A stretch of 25,972 bases of DNA from Pseudomonadota bacterium (GTDB lineage Bacteria; Pseudomonadota; Alphaproteobacteria; Rhodospirillales; UBA2165): NCBI GenBank assembly GCA_027592155.1, contig JAQCKY010000001.1, positions 1-25,972 of the forward strand, read 5' to 3'. The position numbers and the translations under genes were made by a program. Shown here piece after piece: positions 1 through 8,618 of this stretch. Position 1 is the stretch's first letter, and each line of letters starts with the position of its first letter. The notes below the pieces were generated by a model. The model did not search any database and was not told the origin of the DNA. It worked only from the letters and a program-made list of their open reading frames with translations.

Positions 1-1
1 G

Positions 2-412
2 GTGACCCGGCGCGTCATCGTCGTCGATGCCAGCAAGGACCCGGATGAGCCTCAGCCCTATCGCATGGCCAACCCGGAGATCATCTGGTCCTCCGAGGAA
101 GAACGGGAATACGAGGAAGGCTGTCTGTCATTCCCCGAACATTTCGCCGGTGTCGTGCGCCCCGAGGGCATTCGAGTTCGCTATCTGGATCATGAGAACG
201 AAATCCGCGAACTCGAGGCAAATGGACTGTTGGCGACCTGTATCCAGCACGAAATGGATCACCTCGAGGGTGTGCTGTTCGTCGACTACCTCTCCAAGCT
301 CAAGCGTGACCTGATTTTGCGAAAACTGCGCAAGCTTCAAAAAGAAGAAGCCAGAGACGCCAAGCGGGACGCCAAAAGAGAGGCCAGACGCAAAGCCCCG
401 GCCGCAGTTTAA
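2..412 (+). CDS. def: Peptide deformylase, 5' end outside the window
   Basis: Translation has the PDF motifs EGCLS and QHEMDH (HExxH); lies directly upstream of fmt; TAA at 410-412. Confidence 0.97.
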   Translation: MTRRVIVVDASKDPDEPQPYRMANPEIIWSSEEEREYEEGCLSFPEHFAGVVRPEGIRVRYLDHENEIRELEANGLLATCIQHEMDHLEGVLFVDYLSKLKRDLILRKLRKLQKEEARDAKRDAKREARRKAPAAV

Positions 413-428
413 GACGGGAGCCGTTCCC

Positions 429-1355
429 ATCGCCTCCAATCCCCTGCGCCTCGCCTTTATGGGCACACCCGATTTTTCGGTGCCGATCCTTAGCGCGCTT
501 ATCGATGCCGGCCATGATGTCGCCGCCGTCTATTCCCAGCCCCCCCGTCCGGCGGGACGCGGACAGAAGGAACGCCTGTCGCCGGTACATGCCGCCGCGG
601 TTTACAGGGGCATGGAGGTCCGGACCCCGAAAAGCCTGAAAGATGCCGAGGCCCAAACCGCCTTTGCCGCGCTTGATCTGGACGCCGCCGTGGTCGCCGC
701 CTATGGGCTGCTTCTGCCCAAGGCGATCCTCGACGCCCCGCGATTGGGCTGCATCAATGTGCACGCGTCCTTGTTGCCGCGATGGCGGGGTGCCGCGCCG
801 ATCCAGCGCGCGATTCTGGCCGGGGATAAGGAAAGCGGTGTAACGATCATGCAGATGGATGTCGGCCTCGATACCGGCGACATGCTGCTGGCCGAGACCG
901 TGCCGATCACCGGCGAGACAACGGGGGAAAGCCTCCATGACGCTCTATCGGATTTGGGGGCGGTGCTGATCCTCAAGGCGTTGGATGGCCTCAGCGACGG
1001 CACGATCACGCCGGTTCCCCAGCCCGACGACGGTGTGACCTTGGCGCCCAAGATCGGCCGGGATGACGGCCGCCTCGATTGGTCCCAACCCGCCGTGGCG
1101 CTTGAGCGCGCCGTCCGTGCTTTCTCACCCTGGCCTGGAGCCTGGTTCACACATAAAAATGAGCGCATCAAGGTATTGGCCGCCGAGGTCACGGACGGAG
1201 CCGGGGATCCCGGAACCGTTACCGGTGAGTTGACGATCAAGTGCGGTGAACAATCTCTGCGTTTGACCCGTGTCCAGCGCGCTGGGAAAGGCCCGATGGC
1301 GGCGGCGGACTTCCTGCGTGGATATGAAATTCCTACCGGCACCCGGCTCGATTGA
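429..1355 (+). CDS. fmt: Methionyl-tRNA formyltransferase; start probably non-canonical (ATC 429; CTG 444 is an alternative; first ATG at 459 is inside the conserved N-terminus)
   Basis: [54 protein letters not shown] motifs. GGGAG at 416-420 lies 8 nt before an in-frame ATC. Identity is firm, start is uncertain. Confidence 0.95.
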   Translation: MASNPLRLAFMGTPDFSVPILSALIDAGHDVAAVYSQPPRPAGRGQKERLSPVHAAAVYRGMEVRTPKSLKDAEAQTAFAALDLDAAVVAAYGLLLPKAILDAPRLGCINVHASLLPRWRGAAPIQRAILAGDKESGVTIMQMDVGLDTGDMLLAETVPITGETTGESLHDALSDLGAVLILKALDGLSDGTITPVPQPDDGVTLAPKIGRDDGRLDWSQPAVALERAVRAFSPWPGAWFTHKNERIKVLAAEVTDGAGDPGTVTGELTIKCGEQSLRLTRVQRAGKGPMAAADFLRGYEIPTGTRLD

Positions 1356-1372
1356 GCGGCGGGGCATCAAAC

Positions 1373-2110
1373 ATGACACGCTATAAACTCACGATCGAAT
1401 ATCACGGCGGCGGCTTTTCGGGCTGGCAGCGCCAGGCCAATGCGCCATCGGTACAGCAAGCCATCGAAGAGGCGATCACTCGTTATTGTGCCGAGACGGT
1501 GACGGTCCATGGGGCGGGGCGAACCGATGCTGGTGTCCATGCCCGCGCTCAGGTCGCGCATATCGATCTTGCAAAAGACACCAACAGCGATGAAATCCGC
1601 GACGCCCTGAACTTCCACCTCCGGGAAGAGCCGGCAACGATCCTGTCGGTGGAAGAGGTCGATGCAGAGTTTCACGCGCGTTTTTCCGCCGTCCAGCGGG
1701 CCTATGAATACCGGATCATCAACCGCAAGGCGCCGCTCGCCATCGAAAAAGGGCTGGCCTATTGGCTGCCCCAGCCCTTGGATGCCGATGCCATGCATGA
1801 GGCCGCTCAGGCGTTGCCGGGCAAACATGATTTCACGACCTTTCGCGCCGCCAATTGCCAGGCTGACAGCCCGGTGAAGACCCTCGACGCAATCTCGGTT
1901 CACCGGGAGGAGGACAGAGTCTACGTCCGAGTCCGCGCCCGCTCCTTTTTGTACCAGCAGGTCCGCATTCTGGTCGGCACCCTGAAGATGGTCGGCGAGG
2001 GAAAATGGACGGCGGAGGATGTGGCCCATGCGCTCGCGGCCAAGGATCGTGCCCGCGGTGGGCCGACCGCGCCGCCGGAAGGGCTTTACTTGACCGAGGT
2101 CGTGTACTGA
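1373..2110 (+). CDS. truA: tRNA pseudouridine(38-40) synthase
   Basis: MTRYKLTIEYHG...GWQRQ, GRTDAGVHA catalytic motif, HARFSA, RSFLYQQVR; ATG at 1373 preferred over the TTG at 1352 because it matches the family N-terminus. Confidence 0.97.
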   Translation: MTRYKLTIEYHGGGFSGWQRQANAPSVQQAIEEAITRYCAETVTVHGAGRTDAGVHARAQVAHIDLAKDTNSDEIRDALNFHLREEPATILSVEEVDAEFHARFSAVQRAYEYRIINRKAPLAIEKGLAYWLPQPLDADAMHEAAQALPGKHDFTTFRAANCQADSPVKTLDAISVHREEDRVYVRVRARSFLYQQVRILVGTLKMVGEGKWTAEDVAHALAAKDRARGGPTAPPEGLYLTEVVY

Positions 2111-2143
2111 AATCGCTCTCATATAAATTTAAGGGAGATCATC

Positions 2144-2860
2144 ATGGCGACGCTGGAAGAATCGACACGCGACGTGGTTTACGCCAACCGCATCCTCGAC
2201 ATGGAAAACGTCGTGGATGCCTTCGGCCACGTGACCTGTCGCCATCCCGACGATCCCGAAAAATTCATCATGTCGCGGTCCCGTGCGCCGGGCATTATCG
2301 AGCGCAGCGATATCATGGAATTCCGCCTCGGCGGCGAGGTCATCGATCAGCGTGACCGGGTAGTCTATGGCGAACGCTTTATCCATGGCGCCTTGATGGA
2401 GGCGCGCCCCGACATCAATGCCGTGGTTCATCATCATTCCCACGCCGTCATCCCGTTCGGCGTGACCGGGGTGCCGATCCGCCCGATCCTTCATATGGGC
2501 GCGGCGATCGGCCCTGACGTCCCGGTCTGGGACATCCGCGATAATTTCGGCGGAACCGATATGTTGGTCCGCAATATGGATCAGGGCCGCGATCTCGCCA
2601 AAGCCGTCGGCGACGGCAATGTCGCGCTGATGCGGGGTCATGGCGCGGTCGTCGGCGGGCGCACGGTCAGGGAGGCCGTGATGCTGTCGGTCTATCTCCA
2701 GGTCAACGCCAACCTGCAGGCCGAGGCGATGAAGATGGGTAATCCAACCTATCTCAGCGACGAAGAGATCGAGAAATGCACGGAAACATTCTATTCCGAT
2801 CTATCCGCCGATCGGGTCTGGGAATATTTCTGCGCCCGTGCCCAGGTAGAGGGGCTCTAA
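2144..2860 (+). CDS. Class II aldolase/adducin family metalloprotein (decarboxylase-like subfamily)
   Basis: DAFGHV, ERFIH, AVVHHHS and LMRGHGAVV metal-binding motifs; GGGAG ribosome-binding site before ATG 2144. Confidence 0.9.
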   Translation: MATLEESTRDVVYANRILDMENVVDAFGHVTCRHPDDPEKFIMSRSRAPGIIERSDIMEFRLGGEVIDQRDRVVYGERFIHGALMEARPDINAVVHHHSHAVIPFGVTGVPIRPILHMGAAIGPDVPVWDIRDNFGGTDMLVRNMDQGRDLAKAVGDGNVALMRGHGAVVGGRTVREAVMLSVYLQVNANLQAEAMKMGNPTYLSDEEIEKCTETFYSDLSADRVWEYFCARAQVEGL

Positions 2861-2929
2861 TTCCCCCTCCGGTAAGGAGAAAACGATAGCAAACCTGGTT
2901 CAGTTATGGTCGGCCCGCCGCCGACAAAA

Positions 2930-4141
2930 CTACGGAAATTCCGGCGATTTGCTGTTCGTCATCCCAAAGGCACCCGGACCGCCGAACAGCCGTTCTACCT
3001 CAAGCGCCGCCATGGCGACGTGATAAGGGGTGCTGAGCGGCAGGTAGTCGCAATCCGGCTCGAGGCCCCTGGACAAATATTCATGCCAGGAACCATCAGC
3101 GCCACAGTAGTTTTCGAGCATAAAGGTTATCGATCCGACCAGCGCTTCCCGTGAGGGCTCGGTCGGTGCCTCTCGAACCAATGTCGTGAGCGCCTTTATC
3201 CGTTCTGTCATCGGCCAAATGCGCTTTCGATCGCTAATGATATTGGCCGATGTGTCGACCAAATCGAAAATCCCGCCCGCGTCGAGATCCAGACAATGAC
3301 GATTAGCCCATTCCATAATCAGCGCATTGTCGGATTTAAATTCAGCTAAACCCGCGATGTCGGCATACTCGCTGACCAGCCAATACCACTCGTAAAGGTG
3401 GCCAGGTTGAATAAGCGACCCCTTTTCGCCGGATGCTTGCCCCCTTTCATCGAGATGTTCGAGAACTTTACTGCGATCCGGTGTTCTGAGCATTTCCGTG
3501 TAGATGGACATTATCCGTGCGGCGCATCTCAAAAACCCCTCGTCCTTCGTCGCCTTGTAGAGGGAGAGATAAGCCTCCAATAAATGCATGTGCGGATTTT
3601 GCTCAAGGGTCCTGCCGAGAGGGGTCCAGTCGCGCGTTGTCGCCGGCGCGAACCAGCCTCCCGGTAGTGCGAAGCGATCTAAAACGATGTCGTTGGACCG
3701 GTTAATCCATTGCAGCGCTTTGTCGTCGTGAACAATCGCCAGATAGTGCGCCAAACCAAACATGATAAAGGCGTGGCCATATAGATCCTTGGTCGTATCG
3801 GAAAGACCATTGTCGATCGTCAGGCTGAAGTACCAGCCACCGTCGGTCTCATCCCAAAAATTGTCGATCAAATCTTCGAACAGGTGCTGCGCGCAGTTCC
3901 GATAGACGGGATCTGCTGTCAGGCGATAGGCATGGGAGAAAAAGAACAACTGTCGCCCGACGACCATGCCCCGGCGATCGCCAAGCGGTGCAGCTGTCAA
4001 GTTCGCTTGCAGCCGCTCCCGGCTCTGACCACGCGAATGGTCCCAGCCGTCAGTCGCGCAGAGCCGAGCCATATTTCTGAACGTGTAATTGACAAACTTT
4101 CGCGCAGGGTCGGCTTGGTCCGGGGTGAAATTCACGTTCAT
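2930..4141 (-). CDS. AGE (N-acylglucosamine 2-epimerase) family sugar epimerase/isomerase
   Basis: RQLFFFS, DLYGHAF, QNPHMHLLEA, PGHLYEW, RIWPMTE and STPYH motifs typical of the AGE (alpha/alpha)6-barrel family. Substrate not assignable. Confidence 0.85.
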   Translation of the reverse strand: MNVNFTPDQADPARKFVNYTFRNMARLCATDGWDHSRGQSRERLQANLTAAPLGDRRGMVVGRQLFFFSHAYRLTADPVYRNCAQHLFEDLIDNFWDETDGGWYFSLTIDNGLSDTTKDLYGHAFIMFGLAHYLAIVHDDKALQWINRSNDIVLDRFALPGGWFAPATTRDWTPLGRTLEQNPHMHLLEAYLSLYKATKDEGFLRCAARIMSIYTEMLRTPDRSKVLEHLDERGQASGEKGSLIQPGHLYEWYWLVSEYADIAGLAEFKSDNALIMEWANRHCLDLDAGGIFDLVDTSANIISDRKRIWPMTERIKALTTLVREAPTEPSREALVGSITFMLENYCGADGSWHEYLSRGLEPDCDYLPLSTPYHVAMAALEVERLFGGPGAFGMTNSKSPEFP

Positions 4142-4203
4142 TTTTTTTAACTTGCTAGCTTAAAGGGCCCCGTCGAGGGGAGGACTGAGAGGGTTTTTTT
4201 TAA
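4141..4203. repeat. 10-bp direct repeat TTTTTTTTAA flanking a 43-bp spacer
   Basis: TTTTTTTTAA read directly at 4141-4150 and 4194-4203; overlaps the AGE start codon and the upstream gene's stop codon. Confidence 0.6.
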
Positions 4204-5615
4204 TGGCCTCCTGCATAGTCGGCGGCATGTTCTCCCGCCAATAATCCCCAGATATAGGCTTTCGACAGGCCGCCCATATAGGCGACCTTCGGCCCGCCCT
4301 CGAGCCCGCCGGTCGTCGTGCCGGCAGCGTAAAGTCCATCGATCACCGATCCATCGGGGCGCAGGACCCGGGCGTTTCCATCGATGCGGAGCCCGCCCAT
4401 CGTGCCGGTGATCCCAGAACAAAGGGGGATGGCATAGAAGGGGGCTTCGACAATCGGATGGGCTTTGAATTTGTCGGTGGAGCGCGCCGGATTGAGCGCG
4501 GATAATTCCGCCGAGGCATGGGCGTCGTTATAGACGGCAACGGTTTCCGCCAGCGCCGCCGCCGGAAGCCCGGCGAGTCCGGCGAGTTCGTCCAATGTCG
4601 CCGCCTCCCATTTCCAGCCGCCGCCTCGCTCCAGATGAGGGTCCGCGCCGACCGGCCCGATGCGCCCCGCGGACCGCCAAATCTGTGCATCGAGGATCAG
4701 CGTCGCGGATAAGGGATCGTCGAGCCTGGCGACATCGTTGGCCAAGGGCACACCGCCGCGCCCTTCGTCGGCGAAGCGGTTGCCCCCGGCATCGACGATA
4801 ATGGCGGCTTGGGCGAGCGCGTCGAGGGTCGGATAGGGCCAGAGCTTTTCGTTCTCCATGGCGTCGCGGTGCTGAAGATGGCCATAGAAGGTGCCGAGGC
4901 CCGATAGTTCCGCCCCGATTGCCTGCGCCATCCGCATGCCGTCGCCCCGGACATTGGGGGCCGAGCGGACAAGTATTTTATCGGCGGCGGCGGTGATATG
5001 CTCGCGGACCATCTCCTGGTTCGCCATGAAGCCGCCATCGGCGACCGTGACCGCCTTGGCGTCATAGCGGATGGCGGTGCCGTCTTTTTCTGCTGTCAGT
5101 CCGACGCAGGCGCCGTTCTCTTCCAGAAGGGACGTTACGGCCACGCCCCGATGGAGCTCCCCGCCGTACCGTTTGAGTTTGCGTTCCAGCTGCTGCAGCG
5201 TCACGTCGCCGCCATTGCCCTGCCAGTCGAGGCCGTGGTTGAAGCGCCGCGCCGGGGCCAAAACCCAATTAGGCTCCGTCGGGTTGTCGCCGATGCTGGG
5301 CCGGGTGAAGCGCACACCCTCGCCTTGCAGCCAGCGCAGCGCTCGCTTCGCCGTCTTGGCGTAGACCCGGGCGAGGTCTTTATCCGCGGAGCCCCCTGAT
5401 GCGTCTTCGATGACCTGCTCCAATGTCTCCACCGGCAGGGTCAGGGGGAAATAAGCGACGTTACCGACGCCGGTGGTGTAGCGGGAGTTGCAAAGATGCC
5501 GAGGGTCGGGCTCCTGTTCGAGCACGCAGACCTTGAGCCCGAGTTGCGCGGCACGGACGGCGGGGATCAGACCCGACAGACCGGCTCCAAAAGTAACGAG
5601 GTCGAATTGCGGCAT
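4200..5615 (-). CDS. FAD-dependent oxidoreductase, FAD_binding_2 (fumarate reductase flavoprotein / TcuA / KstD-like) family
   Basis: N-terminal GAGLSG dinucleotide motif, VADGGF, GDGMRMAQAIGA, GNRFADEG, TMGGLRID...VLRPDGSVIDGLYAAG; GGGAGG ribosome-binding site upstream. Confidence 0.85.
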   Translation of the reverse strand: MPQFDLVTFGAGLSGLIPAVRAAQLGLKVCVLEQEPDPRHLCNSRYTTGVGNVAYFPLTLPVETLEQVIEDASGGSADKDLARVYAKTAKRALRWLQGEGVRFTRPSIGDNPTEPNWVLAPARRFNHGLDWQGNGGDVTLQQLERKLKRYGGELHRGVAVTSLLEENGACVGLTAEKDGTAIRYDAKAVTVADGGFMANQEMVREHITAAADKILVRSAPNVRGDGMRMAQAIGAELSGLGTFYGHLQHRDAMENEKLWPYPTLDALAQAAIIVDAGGNRFADEGRGGVPLANDVARLDDPLSATLILDAQIWRSAGRIGPVGADPHLERGGGWKWEAATLDELAGLAGLPAAALAETVAVYNDAHASAELSALNPARSTDKFKAHPIVEAPFYAIPLCSGITGTMGGLRIDGNARVLRPDGSVIDGLYAAGTTTGGLEGGPKVAYMGGLSKAYIWGLLAGEHAADYAGGH

Positions 5616-5698
5616 AATGTTGGCCTCCCGATTGCGTTCGATTCTTCCGATGGGGCATTGTAGGTTTGCATATAAAATCAGTCCAACAGGAGGTAATC

Positions 5699-6244
5699 AT
5701 GGTGCGAATTCCCGAAATCAAACCGGAAGACATGGATGGCGAGCAAAAGCGCCTCTATGACCAGGTCATGGCGACAACCGGGCGGGTCAACGGCCCCGCA
5801 CGCGGATATATTTATTCTCCCGGTCTGTGGGAGACGACCAACGCTGTCAGCGGCTATTTTGAGAATTGTTCCCTGACCCATCAGCAGATCCGCATCATCG
5901 GCATGCTCACCGCGCAATATTGGCAGTCGGAATTCCCCTTTGCCGCCCAGGCCACTCTTGCCTTGAAAGCTGGTGTCGAACGCGCCGCGGTCGAAGCGAT
6001 CCGGGACGGTCAGCGCCCCGCCTTTGCCGATCCCAAGGATGAGGCGGTTTACGATCTGGTAAGCGAGCAGCTCGGCAACAAGAAAATCAGCGACGCAACC
6101 TTCGAAAAGTCGGCCGAAGTCCTCGGCTATCCGGGGGTGGTCGATGCGGTCGGCGCCATCGGGCATTTCTGCAAAGTCGCCATCATGGCCAGCACCGTCG
6201 ACATCGCCGCCCCGGAAGCCGCCGAGATCAAACTGGCGAAATAG
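5699..6244 (+). CDS. Carboxymuconolactone decarboxylase / AhpD-like family protein
   Basis: Length and pattern (GP...SP, A..AGV....EAIR.G.RP.F....EAVYD...E......SDATF) match CMD-like proteins; AGGAGG site precedes ATG 5699, so the ORF-track start at 5666 is unlikely. Confidence 0.75.
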   Translation: MVRIPEIKPEDMDGEQKRLYDQVMATTGRVNGPARGYIYSPGLWETTNAVSGYFENCSLTHQQIRIIGMLTAQYWQSEFPFAAQATLALKAGVERAAVEAIRDGQRPAFADPKDEAVYDLVSEQLGNKKISDATFEKSAEVLGYPGVVDAVGAIGHFCKVAIMASTVDIAAPEAAEIKLAK

Positions 6245-6296
6245 TCGGCGAGACGAAACCTGATTGGAGCGAGCCAGGTAAGAGAGTTGCCTGAAG

Positions 6297-6371
6297 CTCA
6301 TGCTTCGACAAGCTCAGCATGAGGGTGCTCGGGGACAAGCGGCCCTCACCCTGAGTGCATCGAAGGGTGAG
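6297..6371. repeat. REP-like palindrome doublet (two 27-nt arms in inverted orientation), copy 1
   Basis: CTCATGCTTCGACAAGCTCAGCATGAG at 6297-6323 and CTCACCCTGAGTGCATCGAAGGGTGAG at 6345-6371; each arm is self-complementary and the second resembles the reverse complement of the first; sits between convergent genes. Confidence 0.85.
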
Positions 6372-6395
6372 TTTCACGCACGGACCGATAACTCC

Positions 6396-6779
6396 CTAAT
6401 CCTCGGTCGGGCCGCCGGCTTCTTTCCAGGCGGCGTAACCGCCGGCCATGCTGGCGGCGTTGGTGAGGCCCATTTTGTTGAGGGTCAGCGTCGCCAAGGC
6501 CGAGCGCCCGCCGGTACCGCAATAAACGACAAAGAATTTGTCGCTGGCAAAGACCTCGTTGTGGAAGGGACCATCGGGGTCGGCGATGAACTCCAAGAGC
6601 CCTCGGGGCGCGCCCACGCTGCCCTTGATCTGGCCCTGGCTCTCGCCCTCCGATGCTTCTCTGACGTCGACGAACACCGTGCCCTCGTCGCCGACGAGGT
6701 CGAGCGCTTCTTGTACCGAAATCGTATCGATGGTGGCGTTCGCCTCCGCCATCATGTCCTTAAATCCGTAATGCGCCAT
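6396..6779 (-). CDS. Single-domain rhodanese (sulfur/selenium transferase fold)
   Basis: FVDVRE, active-site loop YCGTGGRS, MAGGYAAW signature. Confidence 0.92.
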   Translation of the reverse strand: MAHYGFKDMMAEANATIDTISVQEALDLVGDEGTVFVDVREASEGESQGQIKGSVGAPRGLLEFIADPDGPFHNEVFASDKFFVVYCGTGGRSALATLTLNKMGLTNAASMAGGYAAWKEAGGPTED

Positions 6780-6808
6780 GGTTGTTCCCTCTGCTGGTTG
6801 ATGGTTCG

Positions 6809-7645
6809 TTAGGCATTGCCCCAGGCGAGTTGCTCGGCTGAGTGAAGCGCATAGTGGTCGCCTTTATGGAAGGGCGCGAAGGCCTTGGCGATGACCTCAT
6901 GCAAGGCTTCAAGCTCCGTTTCAGACAAGCCTTCGAGCCGCGCACCGTGCGATCGCTGCAGCATGACATCCCAGAACCGGCCCTCCACCGGGCGTTCCCG
7001 CACCTCGCGGATCGGCGTATCGCCGACATCGGAAAAGCCTGCCTTGCGGAAAAACCCCGCCATCTCGCCATCGCCGCCATAACGGTGACGGCGCGAATTA
7101 GGCTTGATCACCTCTTCGCCGAAATAGTCGGCCACTGCTTGGGCGAGAACCGGGTTGAGGCTATTGTCCGCCGCCGGGCCATGGACCATAAAGGCGGCCC
7201 GCTTGCCGGGTTTGAGAACACGCCGCACGTCGGTCAGCACCGCCACCGGATCGTCGGCGAACATCAGGCCGAACCGGCAGGTTACGGCGTCGAATTGATT
7301 GTCATCAAAGGGCAGTGATGTCATGTCGCCGATCTCGAAACGCATATGCGCCAAGCCGAGATTGTCGGCCCGGTCCTGCGCCCCTTGCAGCATTTCCGAA
7401 TTGGCATCAATGCAGGTGACGGAGCCCGTAGGCCCTACTTTGACGGCAATACTGATGGCGGGCTCGCCCGCGCCCGAGGCGATATCCAGGCACCGCATGC
7501 CTTCGTCGATCTGGGCCGCTTCGATCAGCCGCTGGTTGGGCAGATCATAGTCGGACAGGCCCTTCGCCGCCGTCCGTGCCCAATGCGCCCCGCGCGCCGC
7601 CCAGGCGGGGTCTGATGCGCGAGATCCGGTGGTTTGCTCAGCCAT
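6809..7645 (-). CDS. Class I SAM-dependent methyltransferase (UbiE/COQ5-like fold)
   Basis: CLDIASGAGEP motif I, GDMTSLPFDDNQFDAVTCRFGLMF, RRVLKPG. Confidence 0.9.
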   Translation of the reverse strand: MAEQTTGSRASDPAWAARGAHWARTAAKGLSDYDLPNQRLIEAAQIDEGMRCLDIASGAGEPAISIAVKVGPTGSVTCIDANSEMLQGAQDRADNLGLAHMRFEIGDMTSLPFDDNQFDAVTCRFGLMFADDPVAVLTDVRRVLKPGKRAAFMVHGPAADNSLNPVLAQAVADYFGEEVIKPNSRRHRYGGDGEMAGFFRKAGFSDVGDTPIREVRERPVEGRFWDVMLQRSHGARLEGLSETELEALHEVIAKAFAPFHKGDHYALHSAEQLAWGNA

Positions 7646-7766
7646 TCAATTTGGCCTCTCATTTGTTTTGGAAGCTGGGAATATTCACTTACCCAGTCTA
7701 AGGTAAACCGTGGCGGAGTGGGCGCAAGTCTTCGCCCAAAAATTAACCCCAATGAGGAAAACAATA

Positions 7767-8516
7767 ATGACCCGCTCTCCAGTTACGCTCACAATTCTGA
7801 CGCTCTCCTTGCTCTTCTCAGGCAGCGCCCTGGCGCAAGGGGGATTCCTAGACAAACTCAAACAGAACATCCCCCAAATGCCGGGGTCGTCCGGCAGCGC
7901 CGCCACCAGCGCATTGAGTTTGGATGAAATCACCGCCGGATTGAAAGAAGCACTCGCCGTTGGCGCCGGGCGTGTTGTCGAGACCGTCGGCAAATCGGAC
8001 GGTTATAACAGCGATCCCGCGATCCATATTCCGCTGCCGGAATCTCTGCAAAATGTGCAGTCGACCCTGAAAAAGTTTGGGATGTCGGGCATGGCAGATG
8101 ATCTCGAACTCAAGCTCAACCGCGCCGCCGAGGCTGCTGCGCCGGGCACAAAGCAAGCCCTTTTGGATGCCATCAAGGGGATGAGCCTGGATGACGCCAA
8201 GGCGATCTATAACGGTCCTAAGGATGCCGCGACCCAATATTTTCAGCGTACCACGTCGGAAAACCTCAAAGGCGTGATCAAGCCGGTGGTCGATCAATCA
8301 TTAAGCCAGGTCGGTGCGATCGCCAGCTATGACAATCTGATCGGCAAATATTCGAATCTTCCCTTTGTGCCGAATGTGAGCGCTAATCTCTCCGAGCATA
8401 CGGTCGGCTTGGCGCTTAAGGGGCTGTTCCATTATCTTGCCGTGGAAGAAGCGGCGATCCGGGACAATCCGGCGAAACGCACGACGGAACTCCTGTCGAA
8501 AGTTTTAGGGCGTTAA
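7767..8516 (+). CDS. DUF4197 family exported protein
   Basis: Signal peptide ending SALA/QG; AGLKEAL, IHIPLP, LNRAAEAAAP, AATQYFQRTT, ALKGLFHYLAVEEAAIRDNP motifs; GAGGA at 7754-7758 is 8 nt before ATG 7767. Confidence 0.85.
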   Translation: MTRSPVTLTILTLSLLFSGSALAQGGFLDKLKQNIPQMPGSSGSAATSALSLDEITAGLKEALAVGAGRVVETVGKSDGYNSDPAIHIPLPESLQNVQSTLKKFGMSGMADDLELKLNRAAEAAAPGTKQALLDAIKGMSLDDAKAIYNGPKDAATQYFQRTTSENLKGVIKPVVDQSLSQVGAIASYDNLIGKYSNLPFVPNVSANLSEHTVGLALKGLFHYLAVEEAAIRDNPAKRTTELLSKVLGR

Positions 8517-8618
8517 CACAAGTTCTACCTGACGCAGTCGTGATGGGGAGGTACGGTTGCGCCGCCCGCCCGGCTGTGGTGAGTTAGGGCAAATGTGAAC
8601 TTAATGGAGTAGCAGAGC

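Noticed and set aside
1353-2110. Selenocysteine read-through at the TGA stops of fmt and truA
   Set aside because: Both fall at the normal C-terminal end of the family and are not at Cys-equivalent positions.
2861-2929. Terminator between the convergent aldolase and AGE genes
   Set aside because: A GTCGGC/GCCGAC stem exists but has no properly placed U-tract on either strand.
6300-6812. ORFs starting MLRQAQHEG (6300-6812 and 9347-9787)
   Set aside because: They start inside the REP-like repeat and run antisense to the rhodanese and selD genes.
8536-8578. ZTP-riboswitch-like fragments (GTCGTGA..., GCCGCCCGCC) upstream of selD
   Set aside because: The ACTGGCG and CTGGGC elements and the internal stem are missing, and selD is not a typical target.
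8591-8609. Second CRP-type site (AAATGTGA) upstream of selD
   Set aside because: Half-site only; the right half reads TGGAG, which is the ribosome-binding site.
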